A stretch of DNA of 62,626 bases, counting the filler, from Vannella sp. (Eukaryota), in assembly GCA_023345925.1 (NCBI GenBank). It is 7 parts of 7 records of this genome, joined end to end, with 100 filler letters (N's around TTAATTAATTAA, not from the genome) between each part and the next. Parts side by side here need not be neighbours in the genome. Positions count along the whole stretch, not along the records: positions 11,482 to 15,679 come from JAJQQN010000830.1; positions 15,780 to 22,154 come from JAJQQN010000893.1; positions 22,255 to 40,169 come from JAJQQN010000388.1; 4 more parts are not named here. One strand, written 5' to 3'. A program made the position numbers and the translations under genes. The notes beneath the pieces are model-generated. The model searched no databases and had not been told where the DNA came from. It was given only the letters and a program-made list of their open reading frames with translations. How positions within the stretch are numbered: position 1 is the first letter of the stretch; every line of letters starts with the position of its first letter. Below are positions 11,516 through 22,894 of the stretch, piece by piece.

Positions 11516-14500
11516 ATGTCCGCGTCGTTATGGACGGAAACGGTTCTAAACCACAAGGCAATGGGAGAACCCATTCACAGCATCGCTTTCGACCCTTTCT
11601 ACGAGCTTTTGTGGAGTGGAACGAGGGGAGGGAGACTCCAGAGTCATTTCTTCTCCTCTGGTGCCCCACCTTCCCTGTACTCCGCTTCACAAGCACATAC
11701 ATATGCGATTGGAGCTATAGAGGTACTGCCAGAGTCTATTGTGTCCCTCGGCCATGAGGGCCTGCGCTTCTCCTCTCGAGAAGGCTTGGCCCAGTACACT
11801 TCCAACCAGTCAGAGCTGGAAGGCATGTCATTGATGGCTTCATCTCGGGGTAGAGGGACACTCACTCTAGCTGGTAAAACGAACCGGCTGATCAACTTCG
11901 ACTGCTCCACAGGACAGATAAGCGAGCAAACTTTGGCCAAGAGTGTCGGGTTTACCTCCCTGAAGACGAGCCCTCACTACGTGTGTACAGGAACGATCGA
12001 TGGAATCGTTCAGTTATATGATCCCCGTACGTTGGAGGTCGTTCACTCCTTCCCAGCCCACTCAGAACGAGTCTGTCACATGGACATGCATAACGAGGTC
12101 TTGGTGACCTGCGGCCAAGCTACCGCGTAAGCAGACCAGAGTAAACACTCTCATCTCTTACTCACTCAAGGATAGAGGCGGAATACCGATCGTAGACCTG
12201 TTTATCAATGTTTTTGATCTTCGAGTCAACTCGCTTAGGAACGCCATTCAGTGCTACGGCGGCCCTCGCTTCCTCAAGATCCAACCGAAGATCAACTCTC
12301 TCATGTTTCTGTCTCACAATGGAACCCTTCAGACTGATGACCTTCAATCTAACGGCCGATTCCCACAGCAACTCCCGGTAAGTGCTCTCCTGTGAGGGAG
12401 GAAGGTGCTGTACGGTTCTGATTCATGGCAAAGATAAGAATCTATGACGCTCAATGCTTTGACCTTTCGTCGTCAAGTGACATTCTGGCTTTTGGGACAG
12501 TTTCTGGGAACATCCTGACTCATTCAAAGTTCCCAAACGCTCATGTGGGGGATCGCTCGCATCCACTTGAGCCCTACAGTCTTCCAACGAAGCAGGCTTT
12601 CACCGTCGAGGAAGACACTCCGCTGTACATGGGTATTGCAGAAGAGGACCGCATTCAAATGAGGGGTAAACTTCTCAGTGACTGGGACGAACAGTATTAT
12701 CCTGTTCATACCATCTGCATGCCGATAGACGCATCCCTTTATGATCCTGCCCCACGCGCTCAACTTGTTCGAGTGGAGAACAGAGTTCCTCTTATTGACT
12801 TGTCTCGCAACCTCAAGTACACCAAGGAGGTCTGCGAAAGTCAGAACAGACAGCTGAAAGATAATACTTTTGGGGCATTAACGAGGACAATCATCCACCG
12901 CCCTCCCAAGAAGTACCGAAGGAACCGGCTCCTTCTCAACTCTAATAACTTTGAGATTGGTGACTTTAACCAAACTTTCTTCAGCGGACTGGACAACACC
13001 TTTGCTGACCCTTCTGTCAATGCCATCACCTTTGTTCTTTTTTTCATTCCTGGAATAAGAGAAGGGCTAATGCATCATCTTTGCACTCAAGAGCATTGTG
13101 TGAGCTGCGAACTGGGCTTCTTGTTCCATTATCTGGAAGTGGAAGAAGGTACAACCGTTCCCAATACGAGTTTACTGCGTACTGTCATGAATACTCCTGG
13201 ATACGATGATCAATCTACCTTGGGTATCATTAATGGACTTTTTCCTCCGCTCATTAAGTCTTCTATGGACTTTTTCATTCGCCAGATACATTACGAACTC
13301 TCTCAACAGAATAAGATCCAAACCACGCATGTTTATCCAGTGGATGACTCTCTCACGGATCAGTGCTTTGTAAACCATCACACTTTGGCCGTCACCTGCC
13401 CCCGCTTTGGAGCTGAAAGAAGGACTGCTATTGATACTACTTCTTACTCACTTCATTATCCACCTAATCTGGATCAGGGACTGAATCAGCATTCTTTTGC
13501 AACTCTATTAGCCGCTTCAATTTGCCCGAGGGGGACAGAAGACCTGATGTGTGGTGACTGCCATCGCGTCCATGCGTTTCACACAGTCTCTTATCCACGT
13601 TCCTTTGCTGACGTACTCTTGGTTTATCCAAACATTCAGAAGCCGGAACAATTGCAGCCATGGGTTCGAGAAAAATCTCAACCAAGCTTTGCTCCTTCCA
13701 CACTGAACATCCGCATCAACGGGACTCACAGAACTACCACTATTCGCGAAGACTGCGAACCTGAAAGTGTCGAAGAATCATTTGAGTTGGTTGGAGTGGT
13801 TTGCCAGATCATTGATAAGGGAAAGCAGATTGAAGATAGTCCATTCCACTATGTTTCATACATCAATGTCCCTTCTTCCTACTCTAGAAACTTCCAGCGA
13901 GGCAATGTGGCTCACAAAGGATGGGGCTGGTTCCTCTTTAACGACTTTAGTATCTCCCCCGAAGAGGCCGTCGACGTCAAACGCTTTGACAAGTGGAAAG
14001 TACCATCTCTCTTGATTTATCAACGAGTAGGAGCCTTCTCCGATGCAGACCCTTGCCCTTCTCGCCATGTTAAGATTCCGGATTCTCTATTCCTGCAAGA
14101 GAATCCCTTGGTCAAGTGCCGTATTCGCCCCCTGATTGACCACTCCACCGTTCATACCATCGCAGACCTCCCTGGCAAAGGTGACTTGGTCGCTATTGAC
14201 ACTGAGTTTGTCTCATTGGCAGTACCACAGACTCGCCTTCGCGAAGATGGGCGCCCTATTGAAATGCGACCGCATTGGTCTAGTCTAGCCAGAGTCAGCG
14301 TGTTGGCCCACACGCCTACTGAAGAGAACGACGCAGAATCCCGCCTGATTGTTGACGACTACATCGTAACGCGCCAGCCAATTGTCGACTATCTCACCCG
14401 CTTCTCCGGTATCCGCCCAGGCGACTTGAATCCAAGCTTCTCAACACATCCTGTAGTCACTCTCAAGCTTGCTTACCTCAAACTACGGATCCTGCTGGCG

Positions 14501-14815
14501 CGGGGTTGCATCTTTGTCGGCCACGGTCTGAAAAAGGACTTTTGGATTTGCAATCTGTTCGTGCCTCCTCACCAAGTGCGTGATACAGTAGAGCTCTTCC
14601 GACTGCCCTACCAGAGGCTTCTTTCGTTGCGTTGGCTCGCACACTATTTGCTTCAAAGTGACATTCAAGGTGTCACTCACGACTCCATTGAGGATTCTGT
14701 GACCGCCTTGCAGCTCTACCTCAAGTACAGGCTGCTGGAGAAGGAGAACACCATTGCTACTACTCTCAAGTTCCTTTACGATGAAGGTCAAGCCAAGCAG
14801 TGGAAGCTTTCGTAA
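11516..14815 (+). CDS. PAN2: PAN2 poly(A) deadenylase catalytic subunit, 3 exons
   Basis: N-terminal WD40 region, pseudo-UCH domain (FNQTFFSGLDN, CVSCELGFLFH, WFLFNDF), DEDDh exonuclease (AIDTEFV, DYLTRFSGI, FVGHGLKKDF, HDSIEDS). Introns near 12126-12175 and 12378-12433. Confidence 0.93.
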
Positions 14816-14900
14816 CTTTTCCGCGGTGGGAGACAGATGAGTTTGAGTGGCCCAGCCAGTTGTTTATACATTAGTCATTAGTATCTTTCGAGTGTTAGAG

Positions 14901-15628
14901 TTACTGGACGGGTTGGAGAGGCTGGAGGAAGACGAAGGGGAGCTCCCGTTGGGCAAGCTCTTGGTAGAACGCATCTTCCTGCTCTTCCTCCCTCTTGGGA
15001 TCAGAAGCTCCACAAGCCATCAAAGCCACCAACGCCACGCAAACGACAAGCATAATACCGCCCTGCTGAAGGTCAGAAAACACATCCCGAGAAGAGGGGA
15101 GAAGAGGAGAGCTCACCAGCTGCAACTGAATCAAGGACACTTCTGCAACGATGATGTCATCCATCTCAGCGTCCAGTTGTTCCTTCTCTTGGTCCAGGTT
15201 TCTAACAACGGCGTTGAGGCACTCAATTTGAACATCAACCTGTCTTGGGTAAGCTAGATGTCACCAAGGTGAGGTAGTGTACTTACTGGGTATTGCCGGC
15301 ACTCCTCAGGGTCGACAAGACCAGAGAAGTCAGGGGTGTGGCGAAAGTGCGAAGCATCAAAATGCTTTCTCGGCTCCTCGCGGAAACGAACGATGCGGAC
15401 AAGAGTTACCATCATCACTTCAAAGGGAGCATAAGCACTTTGGCATAGAGCTTCCACTTGGTTGGCCAAAGGATCAGTTACAGTCTCTTTCACAAGAAGA
15501 ATTGGATAGTAATACAGACGGAAGCCCCAATCCTCTCCTTCTTCGTTCACGGTTTCAACTTTCTCAACCTCCTCACCGAGTCCAACAGCCAGCAATAAGA
15601 GCAGGCTGATCCACAAGACGGCTCGCAT
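14901..15628 (-). CDS. Hypothetical single-pass membrane protein with signal peptide, 3 exons
   Basis: Signal-like MRAVLWISLLLLLAVGLG. Introns GTAAGT..GACAG and GTGAGC..GCAG join a short coiled segment and a TM-like helix IMLVVCVALVALMAC. Confidence 0.55.
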
Positions 15629-15679
15629 GTTGTTCTCTACTGCGCGCGTAATTAATGATTACGTGGACCAATCAGAACG

Positions 15680-15779
15680 NNNNNNNNNNNNNNNNNNNNN
15701 NNNNNNNNNNNNNNNNNNNNNNNTTAATTAATTAANNNNNNNNNNNNNNNNNNNNNNNNNNNNNNNNNNNNNNNNNNNN
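15680..15779. other. Artificial contig linker
   Basis: N-run/TTAATTAATTAA/N-run. Confidence 0.98.
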
Positions 15780-15780
15780 G

Positions 15781-18700
15781 ATTATTAAGGATTTCTTCCA
15801 AAAGGTTTGCCAATATGAACAAGTAGAACGATACTTGGTATCTCCTGAACAACCCCTCCCACTTGGCCAAGTGCGAACCATTGCTGATGTTCGGGCTCTC
15901 TACTCTGAGTTGCCTTCACTTTTCGAAGCCGCTTTACATCCCTTTGCCAAGATGTTCTTCGATAGATTTGCAAAGAGGCGTGCTGAGACAGGTGATGTGG
16001 AGAAGGAGATGGGCCAGATGCTAAGTCAAGCCAAGAGGCTCATTGACACCAAAGATTGCTTCCTCTTCGAAGGAGTCGACTTCCTCACAAACGAATTCAA
16101 GTCCTATTCACTGCAAGGATACATAGAGACACTGGGAACTGTTTTATCATCTCAGATGCCTCGCCAATTCCTGCAAAGCGTTCCTCTGTTCTTCAAGTGC
16201 CACAACGTGATAAGATTGGAGATTCAGATTCGGTGCCTCCTCGATCTAGTAGAGTGCACTTCTGATACTTTTGATGCCCTTTCTGAAAGTGAAGCTAATT
16301 CCCTCATCACAGAAGAAGTGCGAAGCTTCATATGTTGGATGTATGCCAACAGAAAGCAAATCCTCGATGCGAAACAAATCTACCCAACCGGAGCTACGAA
16401 CACTTGGATTTTTTCCTTTGGAACTGAACCGGAAATCTCACTCAGTCATATCCTGGGGCACTTTCATCCATCGCATATCAGCTCAATTCAGGCTGAGGTC
16501 AAAGCAATCGGAGTTCTACAAAGTTCCTTGAGCACCAGAGGAGCTTCACAGCTCATTGAGTTGGAAGAACAAAGAATGGTTCATTGTCATATGACACCAA
16601 TCAGTAACTCAGCAACTCACGAAACCTGTTCGCACTTGGCGTTAGTTTGGGAGCAGAAGAGCTCTTCAATCGATTGTACCCTTCTTGATGCTCGAGTGCT
16701 TGAGATCCAGGATCTCCAGACCCTTCAAAAACAGTCTCCTTTCCACTATCTAACGGTGCCCGAGTTGTTAATGATGGGGAACGCGGATTCTTTGCCTGAA
16801 GAGCTCTCCCGCCATATTCCCTACAGTCACTTGCGGATTGCTTCGGATTTTATTCGCCCGGATTCGTTCTTGGATACAATTAGAGCGATAATCCCAGATA
16901 CTCCGAAAAGATCTTTTACGGAAATTGGTATTCAGGTTACCCACGCCCCTTCGCCCTTTTCTCTAGTCAATGGACTTAGAAGTATTGATAAGCTCTATAC
17001 CTTGCATCCCTCAAGCATTATTGCTTGCTATCCCTCCATGGAATGGCACTTTCTAGAAAGCCGTCTTCAAAGGATGAATCTCACTGATTTGGGTATCATT
17101 TATGTTCTGCAATTGGAGCTTCTGCAAAGTTCTGTCCATGAAAAACTTTTTAGTTTCCTTGTGGCCAGTCACTCCAACCAGCATCGAACCCGCATTCATT
17201 TACTGATGAGCTCTGAGCTTTATCATCAAAGTTACGCTGGCTGGGTAGTTGAGGTACCGTTCCGGCAATCTGTTATCCAAACTCTACCTTCTCACCCGGT
17301 TTTTATTTCTTCTGGTCCTGGACATGGCAAGACAGAAGCAATCTACAAATCCATTGAGGCCAAATTGCACCACATTGTCTTGGGTGGTCATTTCAGAAAG
17401 GAAGAGATCCAGAACCAAATTAATCAGGCAAACGTTCCTGGTTCCGGAGCAATCTTCGTCTTCCATCTTTATCCATTCGTCGCTGCAGCCGGCCAATCTG
17501 AAGTGGATGTTGCTTCGCAAGTCGAATGTTTCTTGCTCGAGCTCATTCTTCATGGGTCTATTTCACTACCAAATGGACAACATTCAAAACTTCAAAATTT
17601 CGTTTTTGAGGCGCATTATGATCCCCAGTCTGAGCTCATCCCTTCTGTCTTACAGCTTCTCCAAACCAAGCCTCAGACAGACTTTAATGTCGTTAATGTA
17701 TGTGAGTCAAGTCTTAAGAGATTAGAGCAGTATCTTAGAACTTTTGCAAACATCCAAACCTCATTGGAGAACTCCACAATGCTTGAATTGTGTCAGAATT
17801 GGTTAAATGATCTGCAGCTGACTTCATTCCGGCACCTTAAGAACTTCTTACAGTTGCTTCCAGTTCTTGCAGCTGATTTCCCGGCAGTCTTTGAAGATCT
17901 GGAGCCGTGCCATTTCTTACAATTATCTCTTCTATGTAGCCAACTGGGAGCACCCGGACCCCTCAAATCTCACCAACTATCTCACAATCAGAAACAAGGG
18001 GAACCATTACTTCGTCTTGACAACCCGCAGTTCGCAGCTCTTCGAAATCTTGTTCCAAGTGTGAATGATGAGACCTTCTCTGTTCTTATTCTTCTTCGAC
18101 AACGGCTGTTAGCGCGAGTTCCCACCCTTGTCTGTGGTTTGCGTGACTACAGGCTTCTTTCTCAGTACCTGGGGATGACTTGTTCCCGAATAATCGCCAA
18201 TATCACAGTATCTTCTCAAATGCAAGTCGGCGAATTTGTGGAAAGGATTCAAAGCAGTAAGCGATCTGAAATCCTTGTAATTGAAAGGCTTGAAACTGCT
18301 CCACAACTCTGGGCAATCTTGGAGTACCACCTCAAGAGCTTACCTGGCTCACTCGCGCCCTGTGTGTTGGGAACTTTCTCAGGTTCCCCTCCAATTTGGC
18401 GTTGCCTGGAACAGCACATTCTCACTTTGGAAGAAGAATCACTTTCGCTTTCACATTCTGAACCGCAAGCTCTTCCGAAAAACGTCGAAGTGATTTACCA
18501 ACGCCTTGCAGAGGTAAGCAACGCAACAGCCCTCGATCTTGAGCGGTTTAGTGCCATCCACCACTCCCTACGAAACACAACGACGGATGCTGTGTTCCTT
18601 AAAAGTTTAGTACTTCAGTTGCAAAGCAGCCAACAGTTTCACGCGAACCTCCTGGTGCTTATATCAGCAATCGTCGTGTTTGGGAGCCGAATTACGGCTC

Positions 18701-21081
18701 AACATGGACGTAGAATGATGTGGAAAGTCATTGGCAAAATAATTTACAAGTCCGAAGAGTGCCTTGAACACCAGTTCCAAACAATTATCTTAGAGACAGT
18801 TCAGCAAATGTTCATTCCTCATATCCCTGCTAGCATTGTTGCGGCACCTCATCTTTTGGAGACTCTCCTCACTGTGGGCGTTTGTATGGCTCTTCAGATT
18901 CCTGTGGCCTTCATTGGAGTAAGTGGATCTTCCAAATCTGTGGCCATCAGAATTCTCCAGAGCTTTTGGAAGCAACATGAACCGAAAAGAACTTTCATAA
19001 TCAGTAATGGAGCATCTCAAACGACTACGGATAGAGTGAGACAGATTTTGGAGGTCGCCCAGGCTGCGGATGAGAACCCTATTATTGTCATTGATGATGC
19101 AAACTCGATTGTCATCGAAGAGATTTCTCATGAGGTCACTCAAATGAGATCTTGCTCGATTGTATTTTGTTCTCGAGAATGCAACAGCGCTACTTCTATC
19201 CAACTTTTCTCTGTCCCTGAATTGAATCCATCACTATTTCTCTCCTGCTCTAAAGCAGGGTTTAAGTTGCTGACAGGTGGAACTACGGACTCTTCAAACA
19301 AAGCAGAGACAGAGCTTCTTCAGATACTGGAAAACGCTCGGCCCATGCAAATCGTGACTCTCACTTCATTCGTCCCTCGCCTATTGCTAACTGCTACCTC
19401 AATGTCGCGCTCGTATTGTCAGTTAAGTAATGGCGCTATTCACTGCGAAGCAGCTTTCGTAGAGAATTGGTTCAAGCAGTGTCTCTTGACTCCCTTTGGA
19501 CAAGCTCCAATTGCTCTCATTTCTGAGAACGCTGCCTTTAATTCCTTGGATTTGGATCTTCCAATGCTGAAGACCCTGGATTGTGGAAGTATTGGAATCC
19601 TCCACCAGCCTGTCTCGGATCTCGTCAGAGAGATATTCCGTTTGACCGGTGAAGATCAGAGGCTGATCCTTCATAACGTCCCTCGAAACAGCTGTTTACT
19701 GTCAATCTTTGCCGACCTCTTTTACAGCCTCGGACACTATTTGCCAGGAGGACAGCGAACTTACGGGTCGAGCTACAGAACGATCATCGACAGGTTCTCG
19801 ATTCACCCAGACTTCCGCTTGGTCGTCCACATGACTCCAGAGGAATGGGACAACACACCCAATGTGCATCGGGATTGTATGATTCCTTTCATATTGGAGG
19901 ACCACACTCAAATCCCACAATTGGCACTCATTGGACAAGTGGAGAAATGGGTTACTTTGATAGGAAGAACAGACGAAGTAATGAGCCCTCAACAGTTCAT
20001 CATGCCCGATTCCAATTCTCCTCAAACCATGTCAGATTCTGATCTCCCTGAAAGGAAAATCATTTGCCCAACGCAATCTCTTATCCGTGGTCTGTGTAAG
20101 ATGCCTAATGCTTCTTTAGAGGATATCCAGAAACTGCTGATGCTACGAATGAGCTCTGGCCAGATCCTTTCTATGTTCTCTTCAAAGCTGGACCTTGATT
20201 TTGATGTGAAGAAGCTCATTTTCCAGTCTTTTATTTCAGAAAGAACCTTGGAAAATCTGTATTCTTGGTATCGTGACTCCGAAAACTCGATCAATTCGTG
20301 CTACTCAGTGCTGAGTAGAGACGTTCCAACTATCGCCTTCACCTATTGTCCCAAGCATCAATGTTTGAAGAGGTTGAAAGAACTCGCTCGTTCAGGAACG
20401 ACTTCTATCATGGTTTCGGAACCGGATGATTTGATGGAGATTGAAAGTGCCTTAGAGAGTGGCATTCCTATCATTGGAGTGAGCTATGCTTCTTCCCCTG
20501 GTCACCTTCAGCAACTCTCTGACTTCATCACTAACGCAGCAAGAAAAAAACTCCAGAACTTCCTCTTGATAGTCCATGTGGCGGACCTTGAGGACTCCAC
20601 ACAGCTTTCTGACTCTGAGTTCGAGTGCAATCAGATTCTATTCGAATGTGATAAGAGACCTCTTCCGTCTGACACACTGTCACTGAGTTTAAGCGGACTT
20701 TCCCGGACATTAGGTGAGCAAGTCATTGGCGATTATCTGGAATCCTTCATAGACTCCCATCCGGAAGAAAAGTGGGGAGCTCTTTCACTCCTTCCCTATG
20801 GCACAATCTTCTCAGCAGTGACTGGCCTTCTCGAAGCTCTAGAAAGGATTGATGACCCATTTAATTGGGTATTTGAGAGCGGCAACTCTCCCCAACTCAT
20901 TAGTTTGCCCATTTCCGAAAGTATTGAAAGACTCGTGCTAACTGCAGTGGAGCGATTACTCCCTTTCCTCCTCAACTTCTTTTCCACTCCACACCTGGAA
21001 GGACCAGGTGCCGCCAAAGCTCTCCAGCTCCTTGCCCTTCAAATTGCTGAGGAACCCTCAAAAGGGCCATTCTCTCAATAA
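15781..21081 (+). CDS. Divergent RNF213/mysterin-like giant AAA+ ATPase, 5'-truncated, intronless
   Basis: Open from the contig edge. Walker A GPGHGKT (17314-17334). VCMALQIPVAFIGVSGSSKSVA resembles the RNF213 CIELKIPLFLVGKPGSSKSLA motif. Walker B IIVIDDAN; IHPDFRLVV resembles RNF213 VHPNFRLIV. Confidence 0.65.
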   Translation: MIKDFFQKVCQYEQVERYLVSPEQPLPLGQVRTIADVRALYSELPSLFEAALHPFAKMFFDRFAKRRAETGDVEKEMGQMLSQAKRLIDTKDCFLFEGVDFLTNEFKSYSLQGYIETLGTVLSSQMPRQFLQSVPLFFKCHNVIRLEIQIRCLLDLVECTSDTFDALSESEANSLITEEVRSFICWMYANRKQILDAKQIYPTGATNTWIFSFGTEPEISLSHILGHFHPSHISSIQAEVKAIGVLQSSLSTRGASQLIELEEQRMVHCHMTPISNSATHETCSHLALVWEQKSSSIDCTLLDARVLEIQDLQTLQKQSPFHYLTVPELLMMGNADSLPEELSRHIPYSHLRIASDFIRPDSFLDTIRAIIPDTPKRSFTEIGIQVTHAPSPFSLVNGLRSIDKLYTLHPSSIIACYPSMEWHFLESRLQRMNLTDLGIIYVLQLELLQSSVHEKLFSFLVASHSNQHRTRIHLLMSSELYHQSYAGWVVEVPFRQSVIQTLPSHPVFISSGPGHGKTEAIYKSIEAKLHHIVLGGHFRKEEIQNQINQANVPGSGAIFVFHLYPFVAAAGQSEVDVASQVECFLLELILHGSISLPNGQHSKLQNFVFEAHYDPQSELIPSVLQLLQTKPQTDFNVVNVCESSLKRLEQYLRTFANIQTSLENSTMLELCQNWLNDLQLTSFRHLKNFLQLLPVLAADFPAVFEDLEPCHFLQLSLLCSQLGAPGPLKSHQLSHNQKQGEPLLRLDNPQFAALRNLVPSVNDETFSVLILLRQRLLARVPTLVCGLRDYRLLSQYLGMTCSRIIANITVSSQMQVGEFVERIQSSKRSEILVIERLETAPQLWAILEYHLKSLPGSLAPCVLGTFSGSPPIWRCLEQHILTLEEESLSLSHSEPQALPKNVEVIYQRLAEVSNATALDLERFSAIHHSLRNTTTDAVFLKSLVLQLQSSQQFHANLLVLISAIVVFGSRITAQHGRRMMWKVIGKIIYKSEECLEHQFQTIILETVQQMFIPHIPASIVAAPHLLETLLTVGVCMALQIPVAFIGVSGSSKSVAIRILQSFWKQHEPKRTFIISNGASQTTTDRVRQILEVAQAADENPIIVIDDANSIVIEEISHEVTQMRSCSIVFCSRECNSATSIQLFSVPELNPSLFLSCSKAGFKLLTGGTTDSSNKAETELLQILENARPMQIVTLTSFVPRLLLTATSMSRSYCQLSNGAIHCEAAFVENWFKQCLLTPFGQAPIALISENAAFNSLDLDLPMLKTLDCGSIGILHQPVSDLVREIFRLTGEDQRLILHNVPRNSCLLSIFADLFYSLGHYLPGGQRTYGSSYRTIIDRFSIHPDFRLVVHMTPEEWDNTPNVHRDCMIPFILEDHTQIPQLALIGQVEKWVTLIGRTDEVMSPQQFIMPDSNSPQTMSDSDLPERKIICPTQSLIRGLCKMPNASLEDIQKLLMLRMSSGQILSMFSSKLDLDFDVKKLIFQSFISERTLENLYSWYRDSENSINSCYSVLSRDVPTIAFTYCPKHQCLKRLKELARSGTTSIMVSEPDDLMEIESALESGIPIIGVSYASSPGHLQQLSDFITNAARKKLQNFLLIVHVADLEDSTQLSDSEFECNQILFECDKRPLPSDTLSLSLSGLSRTLGEQVIGDYLESFIDSHPEEKWGALSLLPYGTIFSAVTGLLEALERIDDPFNWVFESGNSPQLISLPISESIERLVLTAVERLLPFLLNFFSTPHLEGPGAAKALQLLALQIAEEPSKGPFSQ

Positions 21082-22014
21082 ACTGCTCCTCATTTCTTCA
21101 CCTTCCTGGTTCTCGACTGAATCAAGGCGGTGAACATGCACCTTTGAGTCGCTCATGTACTCTACCAATGGGGGTGGTGTCCAAATTACGACGATTTGGG
21201 GGGCCATGGATAGATACGACGAAGGGCTCAATCATGCAAGGACAGACCTTCTTGCTTTGGCAGGATCTTCTTAAGAGTGTTTGTTAGCATATGAGAGAAG
21301 CTCAGGGGAGAGAGCGATCGATACGTAGAGATATCCCGAAAAGGAGCAGAAGTAGGAAAGGGGGCCACGTTGCAAGAGATCTCGTTTCAGTATTACCGGT
21401 CTCATGCAAGATATTACGCGTTTCAGGCAAGTTCCCGAAAAAAAGTTTCCAAACCGCGGGTGTCAGCCCAAACACGGGCAGAGAAGGCAAACTCCAAACT
21501 TCAACTCTTCTCATTTCTTTTTCTTTTCGCCTTCCGCGGGTCGCACCTCTCTCCGTGCGATATCTGGCTCTGCGGTTTGTTTGAATGGTCTATGCGGCTC
21601 CGTCTTATTGGCTTAGTCTACAAGCAGGATTACTGAGTAGAACTGAACGAAGTGCTGGAACGTTCTCGGTAAGGACATCTCGGTATCGCTGCAGATGCTC
21701 TTCAAAGGAAAGGTCAGTAGGCTGTTTCCCGCCATTTTCTCGATGATGTTGAGAAATTGCATGTTTCTAACCTGATGCCTGGAAGATTTTCAACCATCTC
21801 CGACGTTCGCGCGAAACAGGTCTTGGGATGGGAAGGAGAAGGAAGAATAGAAGAAGAGTAGAACTCACCATAATGGGTACAAGAGGGAGGAAAGTGCCAT
21901 AGTGTGTGTGAAGGAAAGGAATGAAAGATGAAAACTCATGGAAGAGCAGGAACAAGCTAAACTGGACCTCTTCATGAAAAGCAGTGTGAGAGCCCGGGCA
22001 CTGTCCGAAGTGGC

Positions 22015-22080
22015 GATTACTCGACTTTTTTCGATTACTCGACTTTTTTGCATTACTCGACTTTTTAAAATTACTCGACA
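22015..22080. repeat. 18-bp minisatellite, about 3.7 copies
   Basis: GATTACTCGACTTTTTTC / GATTACTCGACTTTTTTG / CATTACTCGACTTTTTAA / AATTACTCGACA. Confidence 0.9.
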
Positions 22081-22154
22081 TATTTATTATGTTTCTTTTC
22101 TATCCATTCTTTACTCTCCCTTGATGCAGCACTCGTCGTTTGCTTCCTTCATGA

Positions 22155-22254
22155 NNNNNNNNNNNNNNNNNNNNNNNNNNNNNNNNNNNNNNNNNNNNTT
22201 AATTAATTAANNNNNNNNNNNNNNNNNNNNNNNNNNNNNNNNNNNNNNNNNNNN
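22155..22254. other. Artificial contig linker
   Basis: N-run/TTAATTAATTAA/N-run. Confidence 0.98.
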
Positions 22255-22894
22255 ATTATCACACCTTTATTTTGCGATTAACTCAAACTTTTTTTCTCAT
22301 TTCTCCCCACGTGTCCGACCGATTTCGAGTCTTTCATTGAAGGACAAACGTCAGGGACCTATCAATGACACTGAAAGGAGGGAATCATTCTGAACGTCGC
22401 AGTTTAGGCAGGTAGTCAATGGTGAATGCGTCAGAACATCCATTGGAGGAGCTGGCCTCTATTGATCACTATGCCCTTCAACTACGAATTGAGAGTCAAA
22501 CCCATGCCCGACCGGCTCGGAATCCAACCTGAGCTTTTGAAGACTGAGGTAGCCAAGACAGCAGCTGCTGCAAGGCTGTTTCAGCCAAGGAATGCTATCT
22601 TCTGAATCCTCTTTGTTTGGGTCAAGTCCTGTCCCAAGTCTCTTCTGAGTTCCAACTCTACCCAGAGGCCCTGAGGTTACTTCCAAGGATGGCTAAAGTA
22701 CTGAATGGGTGCTCTTATGAGCAAAGGAAGAGCGCTTTCAAGCAGCGAAGGGACTTCTTTGAAAGCAGAGCGATTGTCCAACTGAAAGGACGCATCTTGT
22801 AGCCCTTGCTGAAGACCTTTCTTGTTGAAGAGATCGTGTCCAGGCACTTCATCAAGAAATGGAGTGAAAAGGATCATTTTTTGAGGTCCTGGTG

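Noticed and set aside
21100..21990. Short ORFs and intron-like signals on the minus strand (possible small peptide or lncRNA)
   Set aside because: Several frames are equally plausible and none has a recognisable motif.
22015..22080. Possible CRISPR array
   Set aside because: The 18-bp units have no unique spacers, there are no cas genes, and the context is eukaryotic.
22400..22802. Possible small gene upstream of puuE
   Set aside because: I could not build a consistent spliced frame or recognise a product.
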